Part shown: positions 61,911-64,000 of the stretch, one piece after another | Layout of the letters: each line of letters opens with the position of its first letter | Position numbering within the stretch: position 1 is the stretch's first letter | Assembly (NCBI RefSeq): GCF_006345805.1 | Contig: NC_043012.1 | Coordinates: 57,412,001-57,476,000 of the forward strand | Source of the DNA: Octopus sinensis | Taxonomy: Eukaryota | DNA: 64,000 bases | Direction: 5' to 3' | The notes under the pieces: generated by a model | Seen by the model: the letters and a program-made list of their open reading frames with translations, nothing else | What the model was told of the DNA's origin: nothing | Databases searched by the model: none | Translations under genes and position numbers: made by a program

Positions 61911-62559
61911 CTAACTACTCTAAGAACCGTCCTATGGTTAAATATAAAAGTTAATTTGAATTTTAGCCTAAAATATCTTCACAGCAAGACTATGCATGTT
62001 AGCATTTATATAACAAATTAAGCCATAAGCTGTATGGTGAAACACATAATTAATCTCCATCAGTTATCGTTAAAGCACTGCTCCAGAATGTATATAACGT
62101 AACAGAATGTTTATAACTAAATCTGTTATACCGAGCCTAAGGAGATTCTAATGAGAATCAACACTATCATAGCCTTATCTTTTGATGTGTACTTTCATTA
62201 ACAATCCTGTTAGAGAGTAATGATAATAGAACATTCGTATAATAAGTCATAATAGTGCTCTAATTAACCTGTAGTTTGTGATAGTCATTATAATTATTAG
62301 TTAGATATAAATCTTTAGATAATATAGTATGTGTTCGTAGTTTGTTTCTGTCTTTGTGGATGTTGCCGTGTGAGAATCTATGAAGATTTTTTTTTAGTTG
62401 TTTTAGTCATTGGATTGTGGCCATGCTGGGGGCCACTGCCTTTAAAGGTTCAGTTGAACAGTTAATCCCACCTAGTACTTTTTGGGGGTCCGAACCACTG
62501 GGGATACAAACAAACCAAGCCCAGTTGTCAAGTGGCGACGCAGTGAACACACAACACAC

Positions 62560-63370
62560 ACACACACACTCACATGCACACTGGTTCTCACTCACACACA
62601 TGCTTGTTCCTACACTCACACACACACCACACACTCGCATGCATGCATGCTCGCTCACTCCCTCGCATGCATGCACGCTCACTCCCTCACATGCATGCAC
62701 GCTTGCTCGCACACATAGACTCACTCAGTCACTCACATGCATGTTTGCTCACTCACTCACTAGCACGCATGCCTGCTTGCTCCCTCACTCACTCCCTCGC
62801 ATGCTCCCTCACACTCACTCACTTGTATGCATGTACACACGCTCACTCTCTTCCTCACTCACACACACTCACATGCACGCATGCTTACTCCCTCACACAT
62901 GCATGCATGCATGCTCGCGCACACACACACACACACAGTCGCTTGCTCACTCACTCACTCACATGCTCGCTTGCTCACTCCCTTGCTTGCTCCCTCACAC
63001 ACCCACTCACACACATGCATGCATTCTCACTCGCTTCCTCACACACACACACACACACAAACACACACGTATGCTAGCTCACTTGCTCGCAAACCAACAC
63101 ACACATTCACTCACTCGCATGCACGCTCTCTCACTCGCTTGCTCCCTCACACACTCACTCACATGCATGCTCACTCGCTTCCTCAAACATACACACACAA
63201 ACACACTCAAACACTCACACACGCATGCTAGCTCACTTGCTCGCAAACCAACACAAACATTCACTCACTCGCAAGCACGCTCCCTCACTCACTCACTCGT
63301 TTGCTCCCTCACACACTCACTCACATGCATCCTCACTCGCTTCCTCACACACACACACACACACCACACA
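62560..63370. repeat. compound CAC/CTC/GCAT microsatellite with a 154-bp higher-order repeat
   Basis: ATGCTAGCTCACTTGCTCGCAAACC at 63071 and 63225; source of the spurious 318-aa H/T/L/S ORF. Confidence 0.85.
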
Positions 63371-63394
63371 TAACAGGTTTATTATTATTATTTA

Positions 63395-64000
63395 AGGTGG
63401 TGAGCTGGCATAATGCTTAGCAGCCTTTCATTCATCTTTACATTCTGAGTTCAAATTCCATCAAGGCTTGCTTGCCTTTTATCCTTTCAGGGTCGATGTA
63501 ATCAACTTATCCCCTCCCACCAAATTTCTGGCCCTGTGCCTTTAGTAGAAGGGATTATTATTATTTGCCTTTCACCCTTTTGGGGTTGATAAGTTAAGTC
63601 CCAGTAAAACACTGGGGTCCATTTAATCAACTAGTCCCCTCCCTGCAAAATTTCAGGCTTTGTGCCTTTAGTAGAAAGGAAGGCAGCAAGCTGGCAGAAT
63701 CGTCAGCTCGCCAGGCGGAATAACTTAGCAGTATTTCATCTGCCACTATGATCTGAGTTCAAATTCTACCATGGTTGACTTTGCCTTTCATCTTTTCAGT
63801 ACCAGTTATGTATTGAGATTGATCTAATCAACTGGACCCCCTCCTCCCTCCAAATTTCAGGCCTTGTGCCTTTAGCAGAAAAAATTAAATCTGAGTTCAA
63901 ATTCTGCTGAGGTCGACTTTGCCTTCTATCCTTTCGGGGTTGGCAAATTAAGTACCAGTTGCATACTGGGGTTGATCTAATCAATTGGATCCCTCTCTCC
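63395..64000 (+). mobile_element. cluster of about four head-to-tail SINE family B copies and fragments
   Basis: Repeated CTGAGTTCAAATTC and GGCCTTGTGCCTTTAGTAGAA modules. Confidence 0.85.

Noticed and set aside
62417-63373. 318-aa His/Thr/Leu/Ser-rich ORF
   Set aside because: Starts in a SINE A tail and runs through a compound microsatellite

Overview
AT-rich eukaryotic DNA saturated with microsatellites and repeats. The tRNA-derived SINE families and microsatellite load resemble octopus (coleoid cephalopod) genomic DNA; this is recognition from memory, not a search result. I found no intact protein-coding gene, rRNA, true tRNA or CRISPR array, and nearly all ORFs in the supplied track are microsatellite or low-complexity artefacts. 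Supported content: dozens of SINE copies from at least five families (labelled A, B, C, D, H here); 3' fragments of CR1 and RTE LINEs; Penelope-like pLTR remnants carrying minimal hammerhead ribozyme motifs; decayed mariner, Tc1, maT and pogo/Tigger transposases; hAT, TTAA-flanked and unclassified MITEs; non-autonomous Helitrons; 22-, 55-, 66- and ~180-200-bp tandem repeats; two ~60-bp-arm fold-back palindromes; a 100-N gap; and a 1.26-kb tandem duplication that looks like an assembly artefact. Most notable observations: (1) a Pol III SINE head fused to a hammerhead ribozyme (30.2-30.4 kb); (2) five more hammerhead-like motifs in pLTR remnants; (3) a 66-bp LINE-3'UTR array with a 198-bp higher-order period that replaces the middle of a maT transposase; (4) a divergent Helitron pair bracketing a candidate spliced non-coding transcript; (5) a CpG-retaining domain at ~35.5-52 kb between CpG-depleted domains. 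Most repeat boundaries are approximate (+/-10-20 bp), and family names are by eye.
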